This document shows positions 31,844 through 40,350 of a stretch of 40,942 nucleotides of DNA, in pieces. The position numbers and the translations under genes are program-made. The stretch covers positions 1 to 40,942 of the forward strand of contig BQJV01000002.1 of assembly GCA_021604885.1 (NCBI GenBank), in the 5' to 3' direction. Below the pieces are notes generated by a model. That model ran no database searches. It saw nothing but the letters and a program-made list of their open reading frames with translations, and was not told where the DNA came from. The stretch is from Acidimicrobiales bacterium. Its GTDB lineage: Bacteria; Actinomycetota; Acidimicrobiia; Acidimicrobiales; Aldehydirespiratoraceae. The stretch's first letter is position 1, and every line of letters starts with the position of its first letter.

Positions 31844-34156
31844 TTGACCATTTCCTGGGCGCTCATCTCCTTGACAGAGCTGATCGCCACCCTTGCGACG
31901 ACCGACGAAGGGGTCGACCTGGTCCATGGAATCGACCGGACGGCCGAGACCCTCGACGCCGAGATCGCCGTGATCTGCAGTCCGTCGTCCGTGGTCCACG
32001 CAAAGGGGTTCGGGCGGCACGACCTGCCCGTCAACGACCTGCTGAAGGTCGCTCATGGGACTGACCGGCTCGTCGAGTTTCCGGTGATCGGCGAGGTGAA
32101 CGTCGTCCGCACGGACCTCGACGGCACCGATGACGTCCTCGTGTTCGGGCGAACCGTCGACGAGTTCTCCGCGGACGAAGTCGCCTTCATCCGTGCCGTC
32201 GGCCGGGTGGTCGGACTCTCGGCTCGCATGCGGAGCTCGCTCGAGTCCGAACGTTCGGCCCGTCGTGACCTGCAACAGCGTGTCGACGACAACCGGCGCC
32301 TTGTCGGCCAACTCCGTGAACGGCAGGGCCTCCTCGACCGTCTCTTTCGCCTCCAGCGCTCCATCTCGCATCGTGCTCCCACGAAGGACGTGCTCGATGC
32401 CGTCACCGCCGGCGCCCTCGATCTGCTCGGTGTCGGCCGCGTGAATCTTCGGATCAGGGACAACGAGAACCCTTCCGACCTCATTGCCGTGTCGAGTCGC
32501 GGGTACGACTCCGACGACCTGGAGGCGGTCCGGGTCATGGACGTGAGCGAGGGTGTCGCCGGCCGCTGCATCCGAGAGGAGCGACTGGTCCTCGGCGACC
32601 CGGACGATCCCGACGACCCGGCGAAGCGCCGTCTCGGCGACGCCCACGCGATCATGTCGGCACCGGTGCACGTCAACGGCGAGGTGGTCGGCTGCCTCAC
32701 GGTCACGAGCCTCGTGGCCAGCCGCCGCTTCACGTCGCCGGAGCAGGAAGCGCTTCTCGCGCTCGCCGAACATGCGTCGCTCGCGCTGCAGGACGCTCGG
32801 GCAATCGACTCGATGCGCAGCGCACTCAACCGCGAACGGCACCGGGCTGAGCACGATCCGCTGACGGGGCTGCCGAATCGCAACACCATCCAGAATCATC
32901 TCGAGTCGCGCATCGGTGATGCCGACCAGACGCCGCTCACGGTCCTGTTCGTGGATCTGGACCACTTCAAGATCACGAACGACACGCTCGGCCACGCGTT
33001 TGGCGATCTCGTCCTGACGGCCGTCGCCGACCGGCTGCGGACGAGCGTCCGAGACAGCGATCTCGTCGGTCGCCTCGCCGGCGACGAGTTCGTCGTGGTG
33101 TGCGAGGGCCTGACCGAAGTCGGTGCGATCGAACTTGCCGAGCGCCTCCAGGCCGTGATCGGCCAGCCGGTCGCTGACGGTCAGACGGACCACGTCATCA
33201 CGGCGTCCGTCGGGATTGCGGGAGCGCTGACGTCGGACTCGGCCGAGCAGTTGATCGCCAACGCCGACCTCGCGATGTATCGCGCCAAACAGACGGGGCG
33301 CGCCCGAATCGAAGTCTTCGACCTCGCGTTCCGCAATCAGCTCGAGGAGCGCGTCGTCGTCGGTCGCGACCTCCGGCGGGCGCTCGATGAGGGGGAGTTC
33401 GTGGTGTTCCTCCAGCCGGTGGTTCGCCTGCCGGAACGCCGCGTGGTCGGGTTCGAGTCCCTTGCTCGGTGGCAGCATCCCGAGCGCGGTCTGGTTCCGC
33501 CGGACGCCTTCATCCCACTCGCCGAGGAGACGGGTCTCATCAGCGAGGTCGACCGGACAATGGTCGACCAGACTCTTCGTCTGCTGTCGGAGGCTCCCGT
33601 CAAACGGCCGATCGCCGTCAACCTCTCGGCGCGAACCTTCAACGATCCCTCGCTGGCCGCCTGGCTGAGCGAGCGGCTCGGCTTCTACGGCCTCGACGCC
33701 GGCCTGCTCGTCGTCGAGGTCACGGAGTCGCTCCTCATGGACGCCACCGGCGCGGCCGCCCGCCAGCTCGTGGCCATCCGCGATCTCGGTGTCGCGGTGA
33801 TGATCGACGACTTCGGCACCGGCTACTCGTCACTCGCCTATCTCCAGACGTTCGAGATCGACGGCGTGAAAATCGATCGCAGCTTCACGTCGTTGCTCGG
33901 CGAGGACGCCCGCGCCTCTGCGATCGTTGCCGCGGTGTTCCACATGGCCGAGGCCCTTGACCTCGCGGTCGTCGTCGAGGGGGTCGAGACCGACGAGCAG
34001 GTGGAGCACGTCATGGGCCTACGCGACCGGTCAGCTGACGTCGTGCTGCATGCGCAGGGATACCTCTTCGGCCGCCCCGAAGAGGGTGTCGGACGCCTGA
34101 CCGGGTTCGTCGAGGTGCCGATGTCGCCCAAGGCCACCGCCGGTAGCCTTGACTGA
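31844..34156 (+). CDS. GAF-domain protein with a degenerate GGDEF (AGDEF) domain and an EAL (ESL) domain.
   Basis: The true start lies after the FIST stop, at either TTG 31844 or TTG 31871 (both in frame). The track ORF start at 31616 overlaps the FIST gene. GAF-like regions are present. The I-site and active-site segment reads RDSDLVGRLAGDEF (AGDEF at 33077-33091). The EAL domain motifs are ESLARW, DDFGTGYSSLAYL, KIDRSF, EGVET and QGYLFGRP. Confidence 0.8.
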   Translation: MTISWALISLTELIATLATTDEGVDLVHGIDRTAETLDAEIAVICSPSSVVHAKGFGRHDLPVNDLLKVAHGTDRLVEFPVIGEVNVVRTDLDGTDDVLVFGRTVDEFSADEVAFIRAVGRVVGLSARMRSSLESERSARRDLQQRVDDNRRLVGQLRERQGLLDRLFRLQRSISHRAPTKDVLDAVTAGALDLLGVGRVNLRIRDNENPSDLIAVSSRGYDSDDLEAVRVMDVSEGVAGRCIREERLVLGDPDDPDDPAKRRLGDAHAIMSAPVHVNGEVVGCLTVTSLVASRRFTSPEQEALLALAEHASLALQDARAIDSMRSALNRERHRAEHDPLTGLPNRNTIQNHLESRIGDADQTPLTVLFVDLDHFKITNDTLGHAFGDLVLTAVADRLRTSVRDSDLVGRLAGDEFVVVCEGLTEVGAIELAERLQAVIGQPVADGQTDHVITASVGIAGALTSDSAEQLIANADLAMYRAKQTGRARIEVFDLAFRNQLEERVVVGRDLRRALDEGEFVVFLQPVVRLPERRVVGFESLARWQHPERGLVPPDAFIPLAEETGLISEVDRTMVDQTLRLLSEAPVKRPIAVNLSARTFNDPSLAAWLSERLGFYGLDAGLLVVEVTESLLMDATGAAARQLVAIRDLGVAVMIDDFGTGYSSLAYLQTFEIDGVKIDRSFTSLLGEDARASAIVAAVFHMAEALDLAVVVEGVETDEQVEHVMGLRDRSADVVLHAQGYLFGRPEEGVGRLTGFVEVPMSPKATAGSLD

Positions 34157-34612
34157 ATGACAACGGTCTTCGCCTCTCCCGACGAACTGCTCCAGGCTGT
34201 CGGCCACGATCTCGGTCACAGCGAATGGATCGTGATCGAGCAGGACCGCATCGACCAGTTCGCCGAGGCGACCGGCGATCACCAGTGGATCCACGTCGAC
34301 CCCGAAGCCGCCGCAGACGGCCCGTTCGGTGCCACGATCGCCCACGGTTACCTCACGCTCGCGCTCACGAACCAGTTCCTGCCCGAGATCATGCGGGTCG
34401 ATGGCGCGTCCATGGGCGTGAACTACGGCACCAACAAAGTGCGCTTCCCGCAACCGGTCACGGTGGGAAGTCGCGTCCGAGCGGGAGCGACCGTCACCGA
34501 GGCCGAAGAGATCAACGGCGGCGTGCAAGTGGTCGTCACGATTACGGTGGAGATCGACGGGCAGGCCAAACCGGCCTGCGTGGTCGAGTCGGTCAGCCGA
34601 TTCCTCCGGTGA
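34157..34612 (+). CDS. MaoC-family (R-specific enoyl-CoA hydratase-like) dehydratase.
   Basis: The segment FAEATGDHQWIHVDPEAAADGPFGATIAHGYLTLAL is the MaoC hotdog signature. The ATG directly abuts the upstream TGA (tgaatg). Confidence 0.8.
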   Translation: MTTVFASPDELLQAVGHDLGHSEWIVIEQDRIDQFAEATGDHQWIHVDPEAAADGPFGATIAHGYLTLALTNQFLPEIMRVDGASMGVNYGTNKVRFPQPVTVGSRVRAGATVTEAEEINGGVQVVVTITVEIDGQAKPACVVESVSRFLR

Positions 34613-34625
34613 ACCACAGGAGGCC

Positions 34626-35573
34626 GTGATGGCAAAGCGCAAGCGTCGAAACGGACCGGTCAGCAAGGTCGCCCCTTCGCTCCCGCCGGTCACACGTGGG
34701 CTCCTCAGCCCGACCCGCCGCGTTCCGGCTGAGATCGAGCGCCCTCCCTACGCCGTCAGCGGCGAGCCCGGTCCTTCCGTCAGTTCCGTCACGCGCACGC
34801 CCGACGAGATCGCAGCGATGCGTCGCACCGGCGCGGCGGCCGCCGAGATCCTGCTTCGGGCAGGGGACATCGTTCGACCCGGGACCACCACGGATGAGAT
34901 CGATCGTCTCGTCCACGACCTCAGCATCGAGGCAGGCGGCTACCCCAGTCCGCTCAACTATCGCGGGTTCAAGAAGTCGGTCTGCACCTCGGTCAACGAG
35001 GTGATCTGCCACGGCGTGCCGGACTCTCGACCGCTCGCCGACGGCGACATCATCAACATCGACGTCACCCTTTTTCGCGACGGCGTCCACGGCGACACTT
35101 CGGCGATGTTCTTCGTCGGCGATGTCGATGCGGAGTCCCGTCGTCTCGTCGAGGTCACGCTCGAGTCGTTGATGCTGGCGATCGCCGCGGTCACGCCCGG
35201 CGGTCCGGTCAGCGACATCGGCAAGGCGATCGAACGCCATGCCGCGAAGCATCGGTTCGGCGTTGTGCGGGAGTTCATCGGCCACGGTGTCGGCACGGAG
35301 TTCCACACCAACCTCCAGATTCCCCACTACTACGACCGTCGCCTGACGACACCGCTCGAGACCGCCACGTCGTTCACGATCGAACCCATGCTCACGCTCG
35401 GTGCGCCCGATGCGGCGATCTGGGACGACGGCTGGACCGCCGTCACGATCGACGGCACCCGCACCGCCCAGTTCGAGCACACGCTGGTGATGGCGGAGAG
35501 CGGCGCCGAGCGCATGACGGTCACTCCGGCCGGCGAGTGCGCACACGACCGCCTGCCGGTCGCCGTCGTCTGA
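34626..35573 (+). CDS. map: Type I methionine aminopeptidase with an N-terminal extension.
   Basis: Motifs seen: YPSPLNYRGFKKSVCTSVNEVICHGVPDSRPLADGDIINIDVT, GHGVGTEFH and FTIEPM. The start is GTG 34626 or ATG 34629. Confidence 0.85.
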   Translation: MMAKRKRRNGPVSKVAPSLPPVTRGLLSPTRRVPAEIERPPYAVSGEPGPSVSSVTRTPDEIAAMRRTGAAAAEILLRAGDIVRPGTTTDEIDRLVHDLSIEAGGYPSPLNYRGFKKSVCTSVNEVICHGVPDSRPLADGDIINIDVTLFRDGVHGDTSAMFFVGDVDAESRRLVEVTLESLMLAIAAVTPGGPVSDIGKAIERHAAKHRFGVVREFIGHGVGTEFHTNLQIPHYYDRRLTTPLETATSFTIEPMLTLGAPDAAIWDDGWTAVTIDGTRTAQFEHTLVMAESGAERMTVTPAGECAHDRLPVAVV

Positions 35574-35654
35574 TCGGGGCGCCCGCGCGACTTTCTCGTC
35601 TGCTCTAGCGTCGGGATGCGCGGGACATCCCCAGCTGGATCAGGAGAAGCGGCA

Positions 35655-36065
35655 ATGGCGAAGATCGAAACCATCGAGGGCATCGGCCCGAAGTTCCGCA
35701 AGGCGCTCGACAAGGCCGGCGTGCGCACCACGCAGGGCCTGCTGTCGGCGGGCGGCGACAAGAAGGGCCGCAAGGCGCTCGCCAAGGAGTCGGGCTGCAC
35801 CGAACACCAGATCCTGGAGTGGGTGAACCGTGCCGACCTGATGCGGGTCAAGGGCGTCGGCGAGGAGTACAGCGACCTACTGGAGAACTCCGGCGTCGAC
35901 ACGGTGAAGGAGCTGCGCACCCGCAAGCCCGCCAACCTCCACGCCAAGATGCTCGAGGTCAACACCGCCAAGAAGCGTCGACTGGTGCGGCGCCCGCCGT
36001 CGCTGTCCGAGGTCGAGCGCTGGGTGGCTCACGCCAAGAAGCTGAAGCCCGCAGTCAGCCACTGA
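35655..36065 (+). CDS. DUF4332 domain protein (helix-hairpin-helix-like).
   Basis: The start is the ATG at 35655, preceded by AGGAGAAG. The protein begins MAKIETIEGIGPKFRKALDKAGVRTTQGLL and later contains LMRVKGVGEEYSDLLENSGVDTVKEL. Confidence 0.7.
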   Translation: MAKIETIEGIGPKFRKALDKAGVRTTQGLLSAGGDKKGRKALAKESGCTEHQILEWVNRADLMRVKGVGEEYSDLLENSGVDTVKELRTRKPANLHAKMLEVNTAKKRRLVRRPPSLSEVERWVAHAKKLKPAVSH

Positions 36066-37506
36066 CCACGGAGAAGCGCACGAGGCGCTGATCCGGGTCG
36101 GCCTCGTCGAGGCGCACGACCACCTCGGAACCCAATGCCAGCCCGTCTCCGGCGACCCGCGCGACCACGGCGGGATCTCGGAGCTGCACACGGCCGCGCC
36201 CACGATCATCAACGTCCGTCACAACCGCGTGGAACGTGTCACCGACCCGACGCGTGAGCACCATGGCTTCGACATAGTCGACGACGGCTCGTTCGAGCGT
36301 GCGATCGCGTTGGCTCGCGCCGCCCATCAACTTCGGCAGCTCGTCGAGCGCCTCGACGGCCCAGGCGGGTGGCGCCGCGTCCGCGCAGACGGCGACGATG
36401 ATCTCGTTCGCGAAGCGATCGCAGAGCCGCCGCAGCGGCGCGGTCACATGGGCGTAGGTCGACGCGATCGCCGAGTGCTGGGGATCCTCCGGGAGATCGT
36501 GGTTCGTGAAGGCGACGTAGCCGGCACCGCGTAGACCGCGGGCCGCCTGGCTCAGCAGCGCCGCGGTCGTCGGCGTGTCCGGGCGGAGCTCGCGGACCCG
36601 CTCGGCGTACCCGACGCCGTCAGCCCATTCGACGCCCAACGCACGGGCCGTCCGCCGGATCTGCCCGACGGTTCGCTGGTCGGGTTCGGGCAAGGTCCGC
36701 AGAAGCCCGACCCCAGCGTCGATCATGATGCGACTCGCCGCGATGCCGGTCAGGAGTGAGATCTGCGCGTTCCATTCCTCCACGACGAGGCTCTCGTCGT
36801 ACTCGAGCTCGAACGATCCGTCGTCGGCCGTGACGACCTCCTGCGCCGGAAGGGCGAGGCTCACGGCGCCGCGTTCGCGTTCGAGGGCCTGGCGCTGTTC
36901 ACCGATCGTGCGCAGGAGCGCCAGCGACGCGTCGGCGCGGCCCGACAGGATCTGATCCTGCGCTTCGCGATAGGTCAGCTGCGCTCGATTACGGACCAGT
37001 GCCCGCTCGAGCGTGGCGTCGACGATCTCGCCGCCGGCATCGAGATCGATCGTCCACAGCAGTGCTTGGCGCTCCTCGCCGGCGAGCAGGCTCCCGATGT
37101 CCTCGTTGATTCGCTCCGGATGCAACGACGTCCGTCGGTCCGGCGAGTAGAGCGTGACGCCACGCTGCCGCGCTTCGATGTCGATCGGGCCGCCCGGCGG
37201 GACCAGCGAGGCCACGTCGGCGATCGCGTAGAACACGCGATGGCCGCCGGGCCGCTCCTCGGCGGCGAACGCCTGGTCGAGATCCAGCGAACCCGGCGGA
37301 TCGATCGCTGCGAAGGGGATGTCGAGCGCGTCGCGAACGGCGGTCGGCGAGCCGGCCGGAATGGTCGGCCCGGTCGCCACCACGGCGTCGACCGCGGTCT
37401 CGACCTCCGCCGGAAACGATGCGGGGATGTCGAGCTGTTCTCGGATGCGGGCGAACCCCGCGAGCATCGTCGGATCGGGAGGGCAGCGAACCTGATGGCG
37501 TGGCAC
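36055..37506 (-). CDS. RNB-domain ribonuclease (RNase II/R family).
   Basis: 483 aa. Motifs seen: FAAIDPPGSLDLDQAF, SLHPERINEDIGSLLAGEERQAL and HSAIASTYAHVTAPLRRLCDRF. The gene overlaps the convergent DUF4332 gene's 3' end by 11 nt. Confidence 0.75.
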   Translation of the reverse strand: MPRHQVRCPPDPTMLAGFARIREQLDIPASFPAEVETAVDAVVATGPTIPAGSPTAVRDALDIPFAAIDPPGSLDLDQAFAAEERPGGHRVFYAIADVASLVPPGGPIDIEARQRGVTLYSPDRRTSLHPERINEDIGSLLAGEERQALLWTIDLDAGGEIVDATLERALVRNRAQLTYREAQDQILSGRADASLALLRTIGEQRQALERERGAVSLALPAQEVVTADDGSFELEYDESLVVEEWNAQISLLTGIAASRIMIDAGVGLLRTLPEPDQRTVGQIRRTARALGVEWADGVGYAERVRELRPDTPTTAALLSQAARGLRGAGYVAFTNHDLPEDPQHSAIASTYAHVTAPLRRLCDRFANEIIVAVCADAAPPAWAVEALDELPKLMGGASQRDRTLERAVVDYVEAMVLTRRVGDTFHAVVTDVDDRGRGRVQLRDPAVVARVAGDGLALGSEVVVRLDEADPDQRLVRFSVVSG

Positions 37507-37527
37507 GGCGCTGAACCTAGTGCGGTG

Positions 37528-39036
37528 TCAGTTGCGCGTTGCGTTGCCGGGGCGGGGGAGTTCAACCCAGATCTTTCCCGGGAGAATCGGGACCTCGGTG
37601 CCGAGCTCCGGCACGCGGTACACCGTCTGGTCGCCGATTTCGGCCCGACTCCAGTCGGCGCCGACGTTCACGCCGTCGGTCAGGATCCAGGCTCGTCCAT
37701 CGCCGATCGTCTGCGCTTCCGGCGACCGGGCATCGGCTCGTGACGGCTTGTAGTCCACGAACTGCACGACGACGGTCGTCGGGGACACCCGGACACCGTC
37801 GGCATCGACCGTCGGCTCGCCGTCCTGGCTCCGGTCCCACGAACTGCCGTTCCACTCGTAGTCGACGGTCGTCGATCCGTAGTCGATGTGGACGCTGTCC
37901 GTGCGGAACGTCTCACCGGGAATCGGATCACCGGCGCTCCGGAAGACGAACATCGGCGACGGCGTACCGGCGCCCTCGAGGTCCCGGCCGATCGACCAGA
38001 GATTAAACGTGTTGCTGAAGAGGTTGTGCGGAGCCCGGCGGCCCGTGTCTCGGTAATAGAGCTCGTCGAACGCCGACACGCCCACGTCCACGAGCGTGGA
38101 GCCCGCCAGCTCCGCGCGGGTTCCGCGGTTGCCGCCGGAGTTCGCGAACAAGGGGCCGTTGAGCTGCGCCAGCAGGTCGAGATCACCGGTGCGCATCGAG
38201 CGGATCGGTCCGACGACCTCGGCGCCCTGCGAGTGGAAGACGGCGGCGAGTCGGGTGAGGCCCCCCTCCACCTCCTCGACGAAGACGATGTCGGCCTGGT
38301 TGATGCCGGCCTGCGGTCGGGCGGCGGACACGTTGTCGATCTTGATCGCGAGGGCCGGGCGCGTCGGATCGTCGAACGTGCTGGTGCCGGTGAGGACGGC
38401 CTTCTGCTCGAGGGCCCGGAGGCGTTCGATGCGCTGCACGGTGTCGCTCAGCTCGGCAGCCAGCTCGCTGCGAAGCGCGCCGGCATCCACCCGCGCCTGT
38501 TCGACTTCCTCGAGCTCGGATTCCTTCGCAACGAGGGTCGCACGAGCCGTGCCGAGCTCGCCGGTGAGCTCGCCGATTCGGGTGTCGATCACCTCGAGCC
38601 GATCGACGGTGTCATCGATGACCGACTCGTAGAGGGCGCGCCGGCGGCTCGGCTCGTCATCGCCCTCGAGGGTGCGGACCTCGTTGAGTAGCTCATTCTG
38701 GCGGGGGTCACCTCGGGTGAACCCGATGATCGCGATCTCCACGCGTGTCGCCGCCGGTTCCTGACGGGTGAAAACCGTCCACTCGATCTCGTCGGCCACG
38801 AGCTCGACGAGCACCTCGTTCACGTCGACATCGTCCTCGAGATCCTCGATCTGCTCTGCGAGGTCCTCCAGCAGCGCATCCACCGTGCCGAGCTCGATGG
38901 TGAGTTCGTCACGGTGCTGTTCGAGCGAGGCGAGCTCGCCCGGGTCGTTCTGGGCGTTCGCCGGGGTGGAGGCCAGGAGCGCGGCAATGACGCACGTCGC
39001 GGTTGCGGCCAGGAGTGTTCGGTGATGTCGAAGCAT
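37528..39036 (-). CDS. Secreted DUF3048 protein with an N-terminal coiled-coil region.
   Basis: The start is an internal ATG (cat at 39034-39036). A signal peptide is present (MLRHHRTLLAATATCVIAALLASTPANA). An acidic heptad-rich region follows. The DUF3048 core reads ALAIKIDNVSAARPQAGINQADIVFVEEVEGGLTRLAAVFHS. Confidence 0.75.
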   Translation of the reverse strand: MLRHHRTLLAATATCVIAALLASTPANAQNDPGELASLEQHRDELTIELGTVDALLEDLAEQIEDLEDDVDVNEVLVELVADEIEWTVFTRQEPAATRVEIAIIGFTRGDPRQNELLNEVRTLEGDDEPSRRRALYESVIDDTVDRLEVIDTRIGELTGELGTARATLVAKESELEEVEQARVDAGALRSELAAELSDTVQRIERLRALEQKAVLTGTSTFDDPTRPALAIKIDNVSAARPQAGINQADIVFVEEVEGGLTRLAAVFHSQGAEVVGPIRSMRTGDLDLLAQLNGPLFANSGGNRGTRAELAGSTLVDVGVSAFDELYYRDTGRRAPHNLFSNTFNLWSIGRDLEGAGTPSPMFVFRSAGDPIPGETFRTDSVHIDYGSTTVDYEWNGSSWDRSQDGEPTVDADGVRVSPTTVVVQFVDYKPSRADARSPEAQTIGDGRAWILTDGVNVGADWSRAEIGDQTVYRVPELGTEVPILPGKIWVELPRPGNATRN

Positions 39037-39052
39037 GCGTCCCCGCGGTGAC

Positions 39053-39547
39053 TCAACCGCCCCGCGGCTCCACCGTACCGGCCGGACTCCAGTCCGGGGG
39101 CGCGAGCTCGAAGCCGTCGAAGTCGAAGCCCGGCGAAACCGTGCAACCGACCAGGGTCCACGAGCCGAGCGACGCCGCGGCCTGCCACTCGTGAGGCTCG
39201 ACGACGAGCTGCGGGCGGGCGCCGGCGGCGAGATCCGACCCGAGGATGCGCTCCTCGACCGAGTCGCCGCGGGCCGTGCGGAGCCGGATTGGTGCCCCCG
39301 CGTAGTGATGCCAGATCTCGGTGGCGTCGACGCGATGCCAGTGGCTCTCCTCGCCCGCCCGAAGGAGGAAGTAGATCGCCGTGCCGGAAGCCCGGTGCCC
39401 GTCGGCGGACGCGGCTCGCCAGGTCTCGGCGAAGCGACCGCCCTCCGGGTGGGGCTGGAGGTCGAGGAGGTCCACGATGTCGTCTGCGTCGAGGTCGGGT
39501 GCGTCGGCCACACGCAGATGCTGACAGGTAGCGTCAGGCATGGCCAT
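39053..39547 (-). CDS. Cupin-fold protein of the DUF985 family.
   Basis: The segment LLDLQPHPEGGRFAETWRA matches the DUF985 signature. The start is the ATG at 39547 or at 39541 (MAMPDATC...). Confidence 0.7.
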   Translation of the reverse strand: MAMPDATCQHLRVADAPDLDADDIVDLLDLQPHPEGGRFAETWRAASADGHRASGTAIYFLLRAGEESHWHRVDATEIWHHYAGAPIRLRTARGDSVEERILGSDLAAGARPQLVVEPHEWQAAASLGSWTLVGCTVSPGFDFDGFELAPPDWSPAGTVEPRGG

Positions 39548-40034
39548 GACCGTCGACGTCGTCGAATTCACCCGCTCGAACCCGACGCCGTTGGTGGTCC
39601 ACCTCGTCGAGCTCGCGGCGCGCGGCGATGGCGAAGGGTGGATCAACTTCGGTCCCGCGCTGTCGCCCGAGGAGTTCTCAGCGGTTCCGCACAAGTCCGG
39701 GTTGGGAAAGTGGTTCTCCGGCCGCGGCCCTGCCGTGCCCATGGCGACCTGGACGCCACCCCTCGATGGCGCACGCCCTCGTCCCGCACAGGTCGGGGTG
39801 CAGCACGGCACCGGGCCGAACGCGTTGGACCGGCTCGAGGAAGTGGGTTGTGCGCTTCCCGGCGGGTGGACCCGTCGGCAGGATCACGCGAAGCACGGCA
39901 TCGTCGCCGAGCTTCCGAACGCGGTGGACACGGCGGCCATGATCGAGTGGTTGATCTCGGCCATGGCGGCGTTGTCGCCGTTGATCTCGACCGGCGACCA
40001 GTGGCTCGCCGAGGTGCATTACCCGTCGGATTGA
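39540..40034 (+). CDS. Hypothetical protein.
   Basis: 164-aa ORF with strong GC3 bias and no competing ORF with good composition. The protein begins MAMTVDVVEFTRSNPTPLVVHLVELAARGDGEGWINFGP. I recognise no family. Confidence 0.5.
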   Translation: MAMTVDVVEFTRSNPTPLVVHLVELAARGDGEGWINFGPALSPEEFSAVPHKSGLGKWFSGRGPAVPMATWTPPLDGARPRPAQVGVQHGTGPNALDRLEEVGCALPGGWTRRQDHAKHGIVAELPNAVDTAAMIEWLISAMAALSPLISTGDQWLAEVHYPSD

Positions 40035-40082
40035 TTTCGCCCCGGATGTGCAGATTGCCCGGTGCGGGACCGGGCGATCGCT

Positions 40083-40223
40083 TCACGATTTCGTGTTGGG
40101 CTGGGGTGCCGTTCCGAGGATCTGACCCAGCGCTGCGACCTGGCGTCGGGTCAGCGGCTGCCGACCGATTCCGGTCACGAGCGACAGGCTCTCGGCGGAC
40201 CCCATTGTCCGCGTCGGTGCCAT
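40083..40223 (-). CDS. Possible small ORF of 46 aa (speculative).
   Basis: This is the 3' tail of the track ORF 40083..40688. Upstream of about 40350 that frame overlaps a better gene. The tail reads MAPTRTMGSAESLSLVTGIGRQPLTRRQVAALGQILGTAPQPNTKS. GC3 is moderately high and there is no clear RBS. Confidence 0.2.
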   Translation of the reverse strand: MAPTRTMGSAESLSLVTGIGRQPLTRRQVAALGQILGTAPQPNTKS

Positions 40224-40350
40224 TCGTTCGTCTTTCGATTCAGCCGACCGTGATGCCGGCGTCCTCTCAACCGTCGGGTCGAGGACCGGGCGAGTTGAGG
40301 CGAATGGGTCGAGCGGCCAGGGCGCCATGTCGGCGACTGGACCGAATGAC

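Noticed and set aside
40035-40350. A possible tRNA or other structured RNA gene in the largest stretch without a confident gene call.
   Set aside because: I could find no cloverleaf-compatible stems and no GTTCxAxxC T-loop or TAGC-type D-loop signatures. Only a 6-bp hairpin is present. No other intergenic region in the window is long enough for a tRNA.
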